A stretch of 64,000 nt of DNA from Eubacteriales bacterium (GTDB taxonomy: Bacteria > Bacillota > Clostridia > Oscillospirales > CAG-272). Shown here in pieces: positions 34,508-42,844 of the stretch; positions within the stretch are counted from its first letter, which is position 1, and each line of letters begins with the position of its first letter. A program made the translations under genes and the position numbers. The notes under the pieces were generated by a model. That model was not told the DNA's origin. It searched no databases and was given only the letters and a program-made list of their open reading frames with translations. The DNA is taken from NCBI GenBank assembly GCA_045631445.1, contig JAZQUS010000067.1:9020-73019 (forward strand), read 5' to 3'.

Positions 34508-34698
34508 ACGATTTCAAAAGAAAGCTTTCAAGCAGAAAATTTTGGGCGGCGCTTGGCGGTTTTGTTTGCGCTATGTGTGTTTTGTTCGGTATCGACGAAA
34601 TGACAACCGAAAAGCTCCTTGCAGTTATCAGTTCAATGGGAGTCCTTGCGGTTTATATCTTCACCGAGGGCTATATTGACGCGCAAAATAAAAAATAA
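34504..34698 (+). CDS. holin-like two-TM small protein (phi LC3/LL-H holin-like)
   Basis: 64 aa. KLSSRKFWAALGGFVCAMCVLFG...KLLAVISSMGVLAVYIF resembles phage holins of the K.K.FW..L type. The GTG start overlaps the upstream TGA (GTGA). Confidence 0.5.
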   Translation: MNDFKRKLSSRKFWAALGGFVCAMCVLFGIDEMTTEKLLAVISSMGVLAVYIFTEGYIDAQNKK

Positions 34699-34702
34699 TC
34701 CA

Positions 34703-34733
34703 AAAGAGAGCAAACTTCGGTTTGCTCTTTTTG
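34703..34733 (+). terminator. intrinsic terminator
   Basis: AAAGAGAGCAAAC-ttcg-GTTTGCTCTTT stem followed by a T run. Confidence 0.8.
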
Positions 34734-34736
34734 GCT

Positions 34737-35186
34737 AAATTGAGATATATCGGGGAGAAGTTACAAAGTAAAAAAGGTCGCTTTTGAAAAAGCTCCGCAA
34801 AACTTTTTAATCGGTTTTTGAAAATAAATTTCGCGCAAATTGTTCCAACAAGTTGGAACTAATGATTTTTCTCGGTGTTGGCAGGCACCCTTCTTTCTTG
34901 CCTGACTTACGTCAGTCATTTGCTTTGCAAAATCGAAAGTGAAAAATCCAATTTGCTATTGCAAAGTGTAGCCATTTTGCTAACAAAACGGCTATGTGCA
35001 GTGTAGCAAGGCGCAGTTTCTCTGTTTTATCGAAAACGGAGAAACATTCGTGACGAGCGCGAAGAAGTGAGTCACGCGCGTTGCGCGAAATTTGTTTACC
35101 CTAATACGATTAAAAGTTTTTTGTGAGCTTTTTTTCAAAAAAGCGAAAATTTTTATCTTTGTAACTTCCCCGATAAATCAAAATTT
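34737..35186. mobile_element. 450-bp non-coding MITE-like element with ~100-bp imperfect terminal inverted repeats
   Basis: The left arm (34737-34845) aligns over ~100 nt with the reverse complement of the right arm (35081-35186). Shared blocks include ATCGGGGA(G)AAGTTACAAAG, CGCTTTTGAAAAAGCTC, ACTTTTTAATCG and AAATTTCGCGCAA. No ORF of note. Its terminus CCGATAAATCAAAATTT is identical to that of the element at 42592-42798. Confidence 0.55.
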
Positions 35187-35236
35187 GAATATTTGAAACC
35201 AAAGCCAAAAAAATCACATATATTTATTAATATATA

Positions 35237-35265
35237 TTGATTTTTATATTGAGGTGTGATAAAAT
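35237..35265 (+). promoter_or_regulatory. sigma-A promoter with extended -10 for the alr operon
   Basis: TTGATT (35237-35242), 17-nt spacer ending TGa, TAAAAT (35260-35265). Confidence 0.55.
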
Positions 35266-35298
35266 ATTATGGATAGTATTGTAAAGGAGGCAGCTGAT

Positions 35299-36510
35299 AT
35301 GAAGGACAAATATATTTCCAAAAGAAAACGCTTCTGGGCAGAGATTGACATTAATGCTGCCGAGAAGAATTTTAACCTGATTAAGAGTAAATTGTGTGTG
35401 GGAACAAAGCTCTGTTGTGTGGTTAAAGCAAATGCTTACGGACACGGTGCGGTGTATCTTTCAAAGCTTTATGAAAATTTGGGCGCGGACTTTTTTGCTG
35501 TTTCTAACATTGAAGAAGCAATGCAGCTCCGCAATAACGGAATAAAAACTCCAATTCTTATTTTGGGCTATACACCCACGTCCTGCGCGTCAATTCTTGC
35601 AGAAAATAACATTTCGCAAAGCGTGTTTTCATATTCCTATGCGAAAGAACTTTCTGCATCCGCAAAGGCAGACGGAGTGAACGTTAAAATACATATAAAG
35701 CTCGACTCCGGAATGGGAAGAATAGGTTTTGATTCTATCCACGATACCGACAAAACCGTTGAAACTATTGCCGACGTTTGCAATATGGAAGGCCTTCTTA
35801 GGGAGGGCATTTTCACCCACTTTGCACTTGCCGACGATGGTACTGATGGTGCGGAATTTACCCGCATTCAATACGAAAGATTTACTGATATAACAAATAA
35901 ACTTGCTTTCCAAAATATAGAATTCGAAATCAAGCATTGTGCCAATAGTGCTACAACCTTTGAATATCCCGAATATCATCTTGATATGGTGCGTGTGGGC
36001 ATTGTCCTTTACGGAGTTGCTCCCTCAAACAAGGTGCGCGGATGCGAGGAACTTACTCCTGTTATGAGTTTGAAATCGGTCATTTCAATGATAAAAGAAA
36101 TAGAGCAGGGTGATACCGTAAGCTACGGTTGTACCTTCAAGGCGGAAAAGAAAACCAAGATAGCCACCGCTCCCGTTGGCTATGCGGACGGATTTTGGCG
36201 CTCCAATGCCCAAAACGGTACGCAAATGCTCATTCGCGGTCAAAGAGTTAATATCGTTGGCAGGGTTTGTATGGATCAGCTTATGCTCGACGTTACCGAT
36301 GTCAAGGGCGTTCGAGAGGGTGATTATATCACACTGATTGGCACCGATAAGAACGAAACCATAACAGCCGACGAGCTTGCAAAAAATAACGGCACTATCG
36401 GTTATGAAATGATTTGTGCCATCGGTGAGCGCGTTCCAAGATTTTATATCAAGGACCACGATATCGTTTTCGTTAAGGATAACATTGTGTCCTATGAGAT
36501 TGGAGAATAA
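35299..36510 (+). CDS. alr: alanine racemase
   Basis: VVKANAYGHG PLP-lysine motif and ~400 aa. ATG at 35299 lies 8 nt after GGAGG. Confidence 0.9.
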   Translation: MKDKYISKRKRFWAEIDINAAEKNFNLIKSKLCVGTKLCCVVKANAYGHGAVYLSKLYENLGADFFAVSNIEEAMQLRNNGIKTPILILGYTPTSCASILAENNISQSVFSYSYAKELSASAKADGVNVKIHIKLDSGMGRIGFDSIHDTDKTVETIADVCNMEGLLREGIFTHFALADDGTDGAEFTRIQYERFTDITNKLAFQNIEFEIKHCANSATTFEYPEYHLDMVRVGIVLYGVAPSNKVRGCEELTPVMSLKSVISMIKEIEQGDTVSYGCTFKAEKKTKIATAPVGYADGFWRSNAQNGTQMLIRGQRVNIVGRVCMDQLMLDVTDVKGVREGDYITLIGTDKNETITADELAKNNGTIGYEMICAIGERVPRFYIKDHDIVFVKDNIVSYEIGE

Positions 36511-36512
36511 TT

Positions 36513-37577
36513 ATGATTAAACAAAGTAAAGCAAAATATACTTCTTTGATGAATAGAATAGCAATTATGTTACTCGTTAGCTGCTTGCTCATATATTTTT
36601 GTGGTAGAGTTCTTAATTTCACACGAGCGTTGATAATTATGGCGGAAGGATATGGTATTATAGCTGACGTAATATTCCTATTGCTCGGATGTTTTTTGAA
36701 TTTTTTGGTTATTTATTTTGTTCCCGTGAAGATTTTTAAATACTTTCAGGGCAATTCATTTAAAGAAAAAAATATGCCTGTTGAGAAGAAAATTATTAGT
36801 GACAATATGATTGCCCCAATCTTTTTGTTGGGACTTACCTTGACTTATGTAGGGTATTTTGTTAATGCTATCGCAGTGAATTCATTAACGGATTACATAG
36901 GTATGGGCGATGATTATCTTTTCCTCAGTGGAATGAAATATGGATATCAGATTATTATTTATTTGATTAGTCTTGCTGTAATTCCCGCAGTTTTTGAAGA
37001 GCTTGTATTTAGAAAAACACTTTGCGATGCTTTATCACCATACGGTCCTAAAACTGCAATTATTGTAACTGCGATTTTGTTTTCTCTTATGCACACGAAT
37101 TTTTCAAGAATCTTGCATACCTTTATTGGCGGAATATTTTGTGCTTGGCTCTATGTTGGTACTAAAAACATAAAATGGTCGATGCTTTTGCACTTTCTTA
37201 ATAACTTGTTTGCTGGCGTTGAAACTGTAATTGCATATAGAATTTCAACCGAAGCGGCTAGTAAGATTATGGCGATTAGATTATTAGTGTCTATTATTAT
37301 ATCTATCATCTGCTTTATAAAATTAAGAAAAGCAAGACAAACACAGTGCTCCTTAGAGGTTAGAGAAGCGCGTGAACGTGACGAATATGAAGTATACATT
37401 GAGAGAAAAAGAAAATATGCAAATCATATAGAAATGCTTCCCGGTGAAAATGGAGAAGAGGTGCTTTCACTTTCAAAGCAAGATAAAATCAAGGGATTTT
37501 TCTCGCCTTTGATGATTGTTTTCGTTGTTGCGGTCATTATACAAATGTACTATTATCTTACGTTTTTGTTAGTGTAA
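36513..37577 (+). CDS. CPBP family intramembrane glutamic endopeptidase (CAAX protease/Abi-like)
   Basis: FEELVFRKT (EExxxR), SLMHTN (FxxxH-type) and HFLNNLF (HxxxN) motifs. Multi-TM. Confidence 0.8.
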   Translation: MIKQSKAKYTSLMNRIAIMLLVSCLLIYFCGRVLNFTRALIIMAEGYGIIADVIFLLLGCFLNFLVIYFVPVKIFKYFQGNSFKEKNMPVEKKIISDNMIAPIFLLGLTLTYVGYFVNAIAVNSLTDYIGMGDDYLFLSGMKYGYQIIIYLISLAVIPAVFEELVFRKTLCDALSPYGPKTAIIVTAILFSLMHTNFSRILHTFIGGIFCAWLYVGTKNIKWSMLLHFLNNLFAGVETVIAYRISTEAASKIMAIRLLVSIIISIICFIKLRKARQTQCSLEVREARERDEYEVYIERKRKYANHIEMLPGENGEEVLSLSKQDKIKGFFSPLMIVFVVAVIIQMYYYLTFLLV

Positions 37578-37578
37578 T

Positions 37579-38553
37579 ATGGCAAAGCAAAATAAAGAAA
37601 TTTACGTTTCTCTTATAAATCGCATTGCATTTGTGTTACTCGTTAACCAAGGATTACTTTTGTTATTTTCAAAGGCATTGAATACCTTGAAAGACACACA
37701 CAATATGGCATATCTTCTGCTTGAATGTGTAGTTTACTTTTTATCTTTTATCTTACCCGTGGTTTTATTCAACAAAATGAATAAATATTCACAAAGAGAA
37801 ATCTACGAACCCCAAAATAGCGACAAAAAAACGCCCCTATACGTTGCGATTTTGTTTGGTATGGGACTTGTGTTCATATATTGTTCATCATTCATTAATT
37901 ATTTTTTGGTCAATTTGGTAACAGATTATTCAGAATTTTCAAGTGAAATGTTGTGGTTTGTGGAGTTAAAGTCCCCCTATCAAATAGTAATTTACTTTAT
38001 TTCTTATGCAATAATTCCCGCGCTTGTTGAGGAAATTTTATTTAGAGGTACGGTTTGCCGTTCACTTACCGTTTATGGAAAATGCACAGCCGTTGTAATA
38101 AGCGCGACTCTTTTTGCACTTATGCACACCAATATTGAGCAGATGCTCTATACCTTCGTGGCAGGACTTTTCTTTGGATTACTATATGTTGAAACAAAAA
38201 GCGTTTTAGTTCCGATTTTACTTCATTTTGTTAATAATTCCATATCGGTTGTGGGTGAAATTTTATATCAAAATTGCTCGCCAATCGTTTATGAAGCCTA
38301 TATTTCAATAACCGATATCCTAACTTTTCTTGTCGGATTGCTTTCGTTAATAGGTTTTCTTTGGTATGTTAAAAAGAACAAAATTACCTTTAAAAAGGAA
38401 ATCGAAATGAAGCCCGATGAGAACGGAAACAAGGTGCTTCCTTTAAGCGTTAGCGAACGAATTTCAGGATTTTTCTCGATTGGAATGTCGATTTTTGTTG
38501 TTTACTGTATAGCAATTATGTCTTATTACGTTTATTTGAGTGTGATTTTATGA
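37579..38553 (+). CDS. CPBP family intramembrane glutamic endopeptidase, tandem paralog
   Basis: VEEILFRGT, ALMHTN and HFVNNSI motifs. The N- and C-terminal segments parallel the upstream gene (SLINRIAFVLLV vs SLMNRIAIMLLV; ISGFFSIGMSIFVV vs IKGFFSPLMIVFVV). Confidence 0.8.
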   Translation: MAKQNKEIYVSLINRIAFVLLVNQGLLLLFSKALNTLKDTHNMAYLLLECVVYFLSFILPVVLFNKMNKYSQREIYEPQNSDKKTPLYVAILFGMGLVFIYCSSFINYFLVNLVTDYSEFSSEMLWFVELKSPYQIVIYFISYAIIPALVEEILFRGTVCRSLTVYGKCTAVVISATLFALMHTNIEQMLYTFVAGLFFGLLYVETKSVLVPILLHFVNNSISVVGEILYQNCSPIVYEAYISITDILTFLVGLLSLIGFLWYVKKNKITFKKEIEMKPDENGNKVLPLSVSERISGFFSIGMSIFVVYCIAIMSYYVYLSVIL

Positions 38554-39005
38554 AAGAAAAATTTATGTTAAAAGCCCTTGAAAACGCTAAGATTGCCTAT
38601 CAAAATGGGGATGTTCCCGTTGGGGCGGTTGTAGTTAGAGATGGTGAAATTATAGCGGAAGCGTATAACGAGAGGGAGCTTACGGGCAGAGCAACGGCGC
38701 ATGCAGAGATTCTTGCCATTGAGCGCGCCTCCCAAAAGCTTGGTAGATGGAGACTTTCCGACTGCGAGATGTATGTTACCCTTGAGCCATGCTCAATGTG
38801 TGCGGGAGCGATTTTGAATGCTCGCATTGGCAAGGTTACTTTTGCCTTGCGAGATTTACGCTCTGGCGCGCTTGGTAGCATCTTGGACTTGAATGCCTAT
38901 CCGCTTTTATATAAGGTTGCAACTGAGGAAGGACCGTTTGCCGATGAAAGTCGCGAGCTTCTTTCAAGCTTTTTCAAGGAGAGAAGGGCAAAGAAGGAAA
39001 AATAG
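38550..39005 (+). CDS. tadA: tRNA adenosine(34) deaminase
   Basis: HAEILAIE and LEPCSMCAGA zinc-binding motifs, 151 aa. ATGA overlap with the upstream gene. Confidence 0.9.
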   Translation: MKEKFMLKALENAKIAYQNGDVPVGAVVVRDGEIIAEAYNERELTGRATAHAEILAIERASQKLGRWRLSDCEMYVTLEPCSMCAGAILNARIGKVTFALRDLRSGALGSILDLNAYPLLYKVATEEGPFADESRELLSSFFKERRAKKEK

Positions 39006-39010
39006 AAAAA

Positions 39011-39049
39011 CAAAACGGTCTGATTCACATTAAAGTATCAGACCGTTTT
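39011..39049. terminator. bidirectional terminator
   Basis: AAAACGGTCTGAT...ATCAGACCGTTTT stem flanked by A and T runs, between convergent tadA and the ACP gene. Confidence 0.75.
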
Positions 39050-39069
39050 GTTTAAATATTTAGTTTTGA

Positions 39070-39291
39070 TTAAAGTGTTTCAAGATAGTTAACAACGTCA
39101 CGAATTGTAACGAACTGACCGATATTTTCGTCATCGATTTCGATATCGAATTTGTCTTCGCAAATCATAACGAGGTCAGCAAGCTCAATAGAGTTAATAC
39201 CAAGGTCATTGGTAAGTTCAGCATCAAGAGTAATGAGGCTTTCCTCAACTCCGAGCTCTTCCATAAGAATCTGTTTTACTTTTTCAAACAT
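39070..39291 (-). CDS. stand-alone acyl carrier protein-like protein
   Basis: 73 aa. LTNDLGINSIELADLV matches the ACP helix II attachment region, with Asn in place of the usual Asp before the Ser. ATG at 39291 is preceded by AGGAGAT. Confidence 0.7.
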   Translation of the reverse strand: MFEKVKQILMEELGVEESLITLDAELTNDLGINSIELADLVMICEDKFDIEIDDENIGQFVTIRDVVNYLETL

Positions 39292-39452
39292 AATAATCTC
39301 CTTAAATTCTGTGTCATAATCGAGTTGTGAGCTTAAATATTTATGCAAAAATATGCATTTTGCAAGCTCTTACTCACTCATTATACATAGTTTTATTGCT
39401 TTTGTCAACAATTTATTTAAAAAATTTTTCAGGATTTTTTCAGGAGAGAAAA

Positions 39453-41738
39453 ATGTTATTGTTTTCCAAACGATATTTTGTGTGGTTTTCCTTGATTTTT
39501 CTTGCTTTTTCGGGGATTTCCTTTGATTTTAAAAATTTAATATTTTTATTCATATTTTTGTTTTTTCTTGCGTTAATTGTTGCAGTTTTGCGAAAAAATG
39601 GGAAAATGACGCAAAATCTTAATGTGATTGCACTTGGTTTGCTTGTTTCGGCACTTCTTGGTGCTTTTGGCTCAAGCGCTTTGATGATTTCAAACAATCA
39701 AAGAATAAAAGATTTTAGCGGTGAGCATTATTTAGAGGGATATGTACTTGATGTGACCTCATGTGAGGAATATGCAAGTGAATATGTATTAAGAGTGGAA
39801 AATATTGATGGTGAAAATAAAAAAATAGACTTAATTCTTGTTGCCGAATATAATCCCGAGCTTGAGCGCGGTGATTTTATTGCATTTGAGGGTGAAATTA
39901 TAAAAACCGAAAGCTATCGTAAAGCTATTTATTTGAGAAATAATAATAAATACGATTATCCTTTAGCTTGTGTTATAAAATCAAATCAGGAAATCGAATT
40001 TTTGGAAAAGGAATTTCGTTTTCCGCTTGTTTTTTCAAATTTAAATTCAAGATTATCTGCTACTCTAAAGGCAACTCTTGGTACGAAAAACGGATCACTT
40101 GCAAGTGCGCTTTTGCTCGGTAACCGTGATTTGCTCTCGGACAGTACGCTCCGCGATTTTAAACGCGCGGGGGTATATCATCTTTTGGCTCTTAGTGGTT
40201 TACACGTTGCGATTTTAATTGGTGTTTTAGAGTGGATTTTGAAGAAATTTTTTGTTCCCGTAAAATTCAGAATAATTTTACTCGGCTCAATTTCACTATT
40301 TTATATTACTTTAACTGGCTTTGCACTTTCTGCTTGCCGATCGATGCTAATGCTTTGGGTGATGTATTTATCCTTGCTTTTGCAAAGAAAACGCGATGTT
40401 TTAACATCACTTTTTGTAGCGGTAACGGCAATTGTTTTGTTAAAGCCGAGCGCGGTTCTTGATGTTGGACTTCAGCTTTCGTTTCTTTCAACATTCGGTG
40501 TTATTTCTTCAACCGTAATTTGCCAAAAGCTCAAGCTTTTGGGATTGAAATTCGATAAAGATTTTGTTGGATTTATAAAATCAATATTATATAAATGTTT
40601 AATAATTTGTATATCGTCACTTTGTGTATTTATTTGCACGTTGCCTGTGGTTATGATATGCTTTGGTGAGGTTTCGCTTGCCACATTTGTGAGCAATCTT
40701 TTTATAGGTATTGTGTGCGAAATATTTATGATACTTGCGCTTTTGACACTTGTATTTGCGAGAGTGATTTTCATATATCCAATATTTAGCTTTCTTGCAG
40801 GACTTTTGGGAAATACGATGGCATTTATAGTGTCACTTATTGCCGATGCTAAGAACGTTATGCTCTCGCTTAATTATCCCGGAGCGCAAGCTTTGGTGTG
40901 GGGACTTTTTATCGCATTTATCATTATGCTTGTGATTAGACTTGGCAGAAAATGGACGATATTTGTTCCGAGTGCGATTTTTGGAATTTTGATGTGTGTT
41001 AGTATTTTGCTTTATAATGTGGCGCGTGCCGATTTCGTTCGTGCGGAGTATTATTTAGGTGACGGTATAGTGATTTCCTCAAGCGATGGTGTTTATATCT
41101 GCGATATGTCCGATGGCTCTTTTGGTAATCTCTATGAGGGCGTTGTTTTAGCAAAGGAAAATTGCTTCACTGAGATTGATGGAGTTATTCTTACTCACTA
41201 TCATTCAGAGCATATTGTTTCTCTTAAACGGTTTGCAAGAGAATTGAAGCTTCGCGCGGTTTTTCTTCCGATGCCTCAAAACGATAAAGAGGATTTGAAC
41301 ATGCGAAGCATTGTTCGAGTTCTTTCGGGGGAGGGAGTTAATGCGTACATTTATAATTCAAATGAGAAATTGAATATTCTTTCGGGTGAGCTTGTTCTGA
41401 GCAACAGGGCTTATACCGAAAATTATGCACACCCGAGCTATGCTTTGAGTTATAAAAATGGAGAGAGAAGAGTAACCTACATTGGTAAGCCATATTTTAA
41501 TACTTATCTTGAGGAATCTTGTGAATTCTTTGAATATATTAACGAGAGTAATTATTTGATTATTGGCGCAGATGGACGAAAAATCACGGAGAATTATGAA
41601 ATATTCACATATCTTAAGGATGAGTGCGAAGTTTCCTTTTCAGAGGTAGAAGCATTTCTTTTATCCGACTATGAGGATTATATGAATTGGATGGAAATAT
41701 ATTTTAACGTAGATTACAAAATATATGATTTAAAATAG
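39453..41738 (+). CDS. comEC: DNA internalization competence protein ComEC/Rec2
   Basis: Multi-TM competence domain with LALSGLHVAIL and a C-terminal metallo-beta-lactamase-like region (ILTHYHSEH). ATG at 39453 follows CAGGAGAG. Confidence 0.85.
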   Translation: MLLFSKRYFVWFSLIFLAFSGISFDFKNLIFLFIFLFFLALIVAVLRKNGKMTQNLNVIALGLLVSALLGAFGSSALMISNNQRIKDFSGEHYLEGYVLDVTSCEEYASEYVLRVENIDGENKKIDLILVAEYNPELERGDFIAFEGEIIKTESYRKAIYLRNNNKYDYPLACVIKSNQEIEFLEKEFRFPLVFSNLNSRLSATLKATLGTKNGSLASALLLGNRDLLSDSTLRDFKRAGVYHLLALSGLHVAILIGVLEWILKKFFVPVKFRIILLGSISLFYITLTGFALSACRSMLMLWVMYLSLLLQRKRDVLTSLFVAVTAIVLLKPSAVLDVGLQLSFLSTFGVISSTVICQKLKLLGLKFDKDFVGFIKSILYKCLIICISSLCVFICTLPVVMICFGEVSLATFVSNLFIGIVCEIFMILALLTLVFARVIFIYPIFSFLAGLLGNTMAFIVSLIADAKNVMLSLNYPGAQALVWGLFIAFIIMLVIRLGRKWTIFVPSAIFGILMCVSILLYNVARADFVRAEYYLGDGIVISSSDGVYICDMSDGSFGNLYEGVVLAKENCFTEIDGVILTHYHSEHIVSLKRFARELKLRAVFLPMPQNDKEDLNMRSIVRVLSGEGVNAYIYNSNEKLNILSGELVLSNRAYTENYAHPSYALSYKNGERRVTYIGKPYFNTYLEESCEFFEYINESNYLIIGADGRKITENYEIFTYLKDECEVSFSEVEAFLLSDYEDYMNWMEIYFNVDYKIYDLK

Positions 41739-41758
41739 AAGAAAAATGTAAAATCCTA

Positions 41759-41787
41759 TTGAAAAAAGTAAAGATTTGTGATATTAT
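41759..41787 (+). promoter_or_regulatory. sigma-A promoter with extended -10
   Basis: TTGAAA (41759-41764), 17-nt spacer ending TGa, TATTAT (41782-41787). Confidence 0.5.
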
Positions 41788-41829
41788 ATACTTTGTTATT
41801 TAATTGATATTGTGGAGATGTATTGTATT

Positions 41830-42525
41830 ATGAAAACAGATAAAATATTAAATGTTCTTTTGTGGTCGGTTTCGGGTGTTTCCATCGTGCTTGTTGTACT
41901 TTCAACTATATTTGCATTTAGAACTACCACTCCATTAACCAGAGTGATTCTTATTTTGGTTGCAATTTTGTTCCTTGTTCTTGCGGGGCTTGTCGCATAC
42001 CTTGCTTATATGGATACCTTTAAGGTTACTCCAAGTCAATATGGTTCAAGCAAAAAGCCGCTTAACTATTTCCTTAATGCAAACGGAAAGAGAAACGGAA
42101 TCGCGCTCGATGATCTTACTTTCGATGTTATCGATAAGCAGATGAACCATTTCATTATTGATGCATTCGGTTCACCTATTGCACTTTGGAAGAATAATGT
42201 TTTCTCAGGTGAGCAGGAGGTTTTTGGTAAGGAAGGTGCTTTCAAGGTGCTTCTTGCTTACAAGATGATTTCTGACCTTCAGGTTCAGCATAGTAAAAAG
42301 GTTTGGAAGATGTTTTTTGAGCTTCCCGACGTTGATTTTGCAGATATCCAGGAATGCTTGGTAAGAAACGGTGACGATGAGCTTGCGAAAACACTCAATA
42401 TGTACCGTTTGACAGGTGAAAGTTGTGTTGGACAAGCGGCTGCATTCCTTGATGAAAACGCAAACTACATTCAACGTAGAATGCTTAACTACGTTACAAG
42501 AAAAATTCATAATTTTGATATGTAA
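41830..42525 (+). CDS. hypothetical membrane protein (two N-terminal TM segments + ~160-aa soluble domain)
   Basis: Clean ORF with two hydrophobic segments (LLWSVSGVSIVLVVLSTIFAF; VILILVAILFLVLAGLVAYLAY). No family recognised. The start is uncertain (41818 or 41830). Confidence 0.55.
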   Translation: MKTDKILNVLLWSVSGVSIVLVVLSTIFAFRTTTPLTRVILILVAILFLVLAGLVAYLAYMDTFKVTPSQYGSSKKPLNYFLNANGKRNGIALDDLTFDVIDKQMNHFIIDAFGSPIALWKNNVFSGEQEVFGKEGAFKVLLAYKMISDLQVQHSKKVWKMFFELPDVDFADIQECLVRNGDDELAKTLNMYRLTGESCVGQAAAFLDENANYIQRRMLNYVTRKIHNFDM

Positions 42526-42591
42526 AAATACGCAGAGCAGGGTGAAATTACCTTGCTCTACATTTTTATGTGCTATTGAAATTTTCTCTAT

Positions 42592-42798
42592 AAATTGGGA
42601 TTTATCGGGATGTTGATATTTGTTGGTGGCGGGACGTCGAGGTCGCCGACCCCTACGGGTTTGTGCTGATTTTATTGGGATTGCCGCGAAGCTGATTAAA
42701 GCTTTTTTGGTGTCAGGGGTTCCCCGAAGCGAGTAAGCGTAGCTTTGGGGGTTCACGGGGCTTTTTTCTCGAAAAAAGTGACCGATAAATCAAAATTT
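42592..42798. mobile_element. ~207-bp MITE-like element, same family as 34737-35186
   Basis: Ends AAATTGGGATTTATCGGG (42592-42609) and CCGATAAATCAAAATTT (42782-42798) are inverted repeats. The right terminus is identical over 17 nt to 35170-35186. The interior is GC-rich and shares GGGTTTGTGCTGATTT with 29773-29788. Confidence 0.5.
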
Positions 42799-42811
42799 AT
42801 TAACAAACAGG

Positions 42812-42838
42812 AAAAGCCCGACTTAATATCGGGCTTTT
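42812..42838. terminator. terminator hairpin downstream of pcrA (usable from both strands)
   Basis: AAAAGCCCGA-cttaatat-CGGGCTTTT. Confidence 0.6.
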
Positions 42839-42844
42839 GTTTTA

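Noticed and set aside
34229-34698. Prophage or prophage remnant at the holin-like pair. Also the overlapping alternative-frame ORF 34344-34679.
   Set aside because: No integrase, lysin, structural or regulatory phage genes flank the pair, so only the two small genes are reported. The alternative-frame 111-aa ORF has no RBS and overlaps both better-supported genes.
42205-42756. 183-aa minus-strand ORF.
   Set aside because: It runs antisense to the 3' end of the hypothetical membrane protein gene and straight through the MITE-like repeat. Its Arg/Pro-rich translation is typical of mis-translated GC-rich repeat DNA.
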